A stretch of 64,000 bases of DNA from Balanoglossus misakiensis. Its lineage: Eukaryota > Animalia > Hemichordata. The position numbers and the translations under genes were made by a program. The notes under the pieces were generated by a model. It was not told the origin of the DNA and ran no database searches. It saw nothing but the letters and a program-made list of their open reading frames with translations. Shown one piece after another: positions 62,001-64,000 of this stretch (within the stretch, counting starts at the first letter, position 1; the number at the start of each line of letters is the position of its first letter). The stretch lies in NCBI GenBank assembly GCA_040954595.2, contig CM082585.2, positions 2,820,902 through 2,884,901 of the forward strand. The letters run 5' to 3'.

Positions 62001-64000
62001 GTTGTGATGCGTAGAACACACAGGCCCGAGGGAATAAGAAAGTTTTCCGGTAGACTCTGTAGATCGACGGCTTGTTCTAAAATATCCATGGTTGCTTCCA
62101 AACGCCGTCTTGTTATTTGCATATTCCGTTGTGATGCGTAGAACACACAGGCCCGAGCGAATAAGAAAGTTTTCCGGTAGACTCTGTAGATCGACGGTTT
62201 GTTCTAAAATATCCATGGTTGCTTCCAAACGCCGTCTTGTTATTTGCATATTCCGTTGTGATGCGTAGAACACACAGGCCCGAGCGAATAAGAAAGTTTT
62301 CCGGTAGACTCTGTAGATCGACGGCTTGTTCTAAAATATCCATGGTTGCTTCCAAACGCCGTCTTGTTATTTGCATATTCCGCTGTGATGCGTAGAACAC
62401 ACTGGCCCGAGCGAATAAGAAAGTTTTCCGGTAGACACTGTACATCGACGGTTTGTTCTAAAATATCCATGGTTGCTTCCAAACGCCGTCTTGTTATTTG
62501 CATATTCCGTTGTGATGCGTAGAACACACAGGCCCGAGCGAATAAGAAAGTTTTCCGGTAGACTCTGTAGATCGACGGTTTGTTCTAAAATATCCATGGT
62601 TGCTTCCAAACGCCGTCTTGTTATTTGCATATTCCGTTGTGATGCGAAGAACACACTGGCCCGAGCGAATAAGAAAGTTTTCCGGTAGACTCTGTAGATC
62701 GACTGTTTGTTCTAAAATATCCATGGTTGCTTCCAAACGCCGTCTTGTTATTTGCATATTCCGTTGTGATGCGTAGAACACACAGGCCCGAGCGAATAAG
62801 AAAGTTTTCCGGTAGACTCTGTAGATCGACGGCTTGTTCTAAAATATCCATGGTTGCTTCCAAACGCCGTCTTGTTATTTGCATATTCCGTTGTGATGCG
62901 TAGAACACACAGGCCCGAGCGAATAAGAAAGTTTTCCGGTAGACTCTGTAGATCGTCGGTTTGTTCTAAAATATCCATGGTTGCTTCCAAACGCCGTCTT
63001 GTTATTTGCATATTCCGTTGTGATGCGAAGAACACACTGGCCCGAGGGAATAAGAAAGTTTTCCGGTAGACTCTGTAGATCGACTGTTTGTTCTAAAATA
63101 TCCATGGTTGCTTCCAAACGCCGTCTTGTTATTTGCATATTCCGTTGTGATGCGTAGAACACACAGGCCCGAGCGAATAAGAAAGTTTTCCGGTAGACTC
63201 TGTAGATCGACGGCTTGTTCTAAAATATCCATGGTTGCTTCCAAACGCCGTCTTGTTATTTGCATATTCCGTTGTGATGCGTAGAACACACAGGCCCGAG
63301 CGAATAAGAAAGTTTTCCGGTAGACTCTGTAGATCGACGGCTTGTTCTAAAATATCCATGGTTGCTTCCAAACGCCGTCTTGTTATTTGCATATTCCGTT
63401 GTGATGCGTATAACACACTGGCCCGAGGGAATAAGAAAGTTTTCCGGTAGACTCTGTAGGTCGACTGTTTGTTCTAAAATATCCATGGCTGCTTCCAAAC
63501 GCCGTCTTGTTATTTGCATATTCCGTTGTGATGCGTAGAACACACTGGCCCGAGCGAATAAGAAAGTTTTCCGAAAGACTGTGTAGGTCGACTGTTTGTT
63601 CTAAAATATCCATGGATGCTTCCAAACGCCGTCTTGTTATTTGCATATTCCGTTGTGATGCGAAGAACACACTGGCCCGAGCGAATAAGAAAGTTTTCCG
63701 AAAGACTGTGTAGGTCGACTGTTTGTTCTAAAATATCCATGGTTGCTTCCAAACGCCGTCTTGTTATTTGCATATTCCGTTGTGATGCGTAGAACACACA
63801 GGCCCGAGCGAATAAGAAAGTTTTCCGGTACACTCTGTAGATCGACGGCTTGTTCTAAAATATCCATGGTTGCTTCCAAACGCCGTCTTGTTATTTGCAT
63901 ATTCCGTTGTGATGCGTAGAACACACTGGCCCGAGGGAATAAGAAAGTTTTCCGGTAGACTCTGTAGATCGACGGCTTGTTCTAAAATATCCATGGTTGC
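53076..64000. repeat. 127-bp satellite DNA array, ~86 monomers, running off the window
   Basis: Monomer ttgcttccaaacgccgtcttgttatttgcatattccgttgtgatgcgtagaacacacaggcccgagcgaataagaaagttttccggtagactctgtagatcgacggcttgttctaaaatatccatgg, with a few variant sites per copy, one NcoI site and one ATTTGCAT per monomer. Confidence 0.98.

Noticed and set aside
52818-63994. About 100 repeated 63-146 aa ORFs (MFYASQRNMQITRRRLE...)
   Set aside because: They are a by-product of a 127-bp period, which is not a multiple of 3. Each ORF rolls through different frames of the same monomer, indel monomers are tolerated, and no domain is recognisable.
53076-64000. CRISPR-like array, or tandem tRNA/5S/hammerhead genes
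   Set aside because: No unique spacers and no cas genes. ggcccgagcgaataag only loosely resembles a tRNA A box, with no proper B box or cloverleaf. No CTGANGA hammerhead core on either strand of the consensus.

Overview
AT-rich, repeat-dense animal genomic DNA. The TE repertoire suggests a marine invertebrate (inference); there are no prokaryotic-type genes. Main elements: (1) MITE clusters and a 5'-truncated L2/CR1-group LINE at 1-7.2 kb. (2) A four-level nest at 12.1-25 kb: a decayed Rex1/Babar LINE is split at TTAA by a Kolobok-like TIR element, which holds an intact young Mag-clade Ty3/Gypsy retrotransposon (128-bp identical LTRs, GAAAT TSD, 1323-aa gag-pol), a tandem-duplicated truncated copy of it, and a Helentron-like non-autonomous element. 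(3) An old, large inverted duplication centred near 30.2 kb with a near-identical inner patch and telomere-like sequence in the spacer; its right arm carries Tc1 and RTE insertions. (4) A phase-consistent multi-exon coiled-coil gene on the minus strand at 40.2-47.7 kb, possibly to 50.6 kb, with microexons. (5) About 86 copies of a 127-bp satellite from 53,076 to the window end, with nested higher-order repeats. Identities were estimated by eye and no database search was run.
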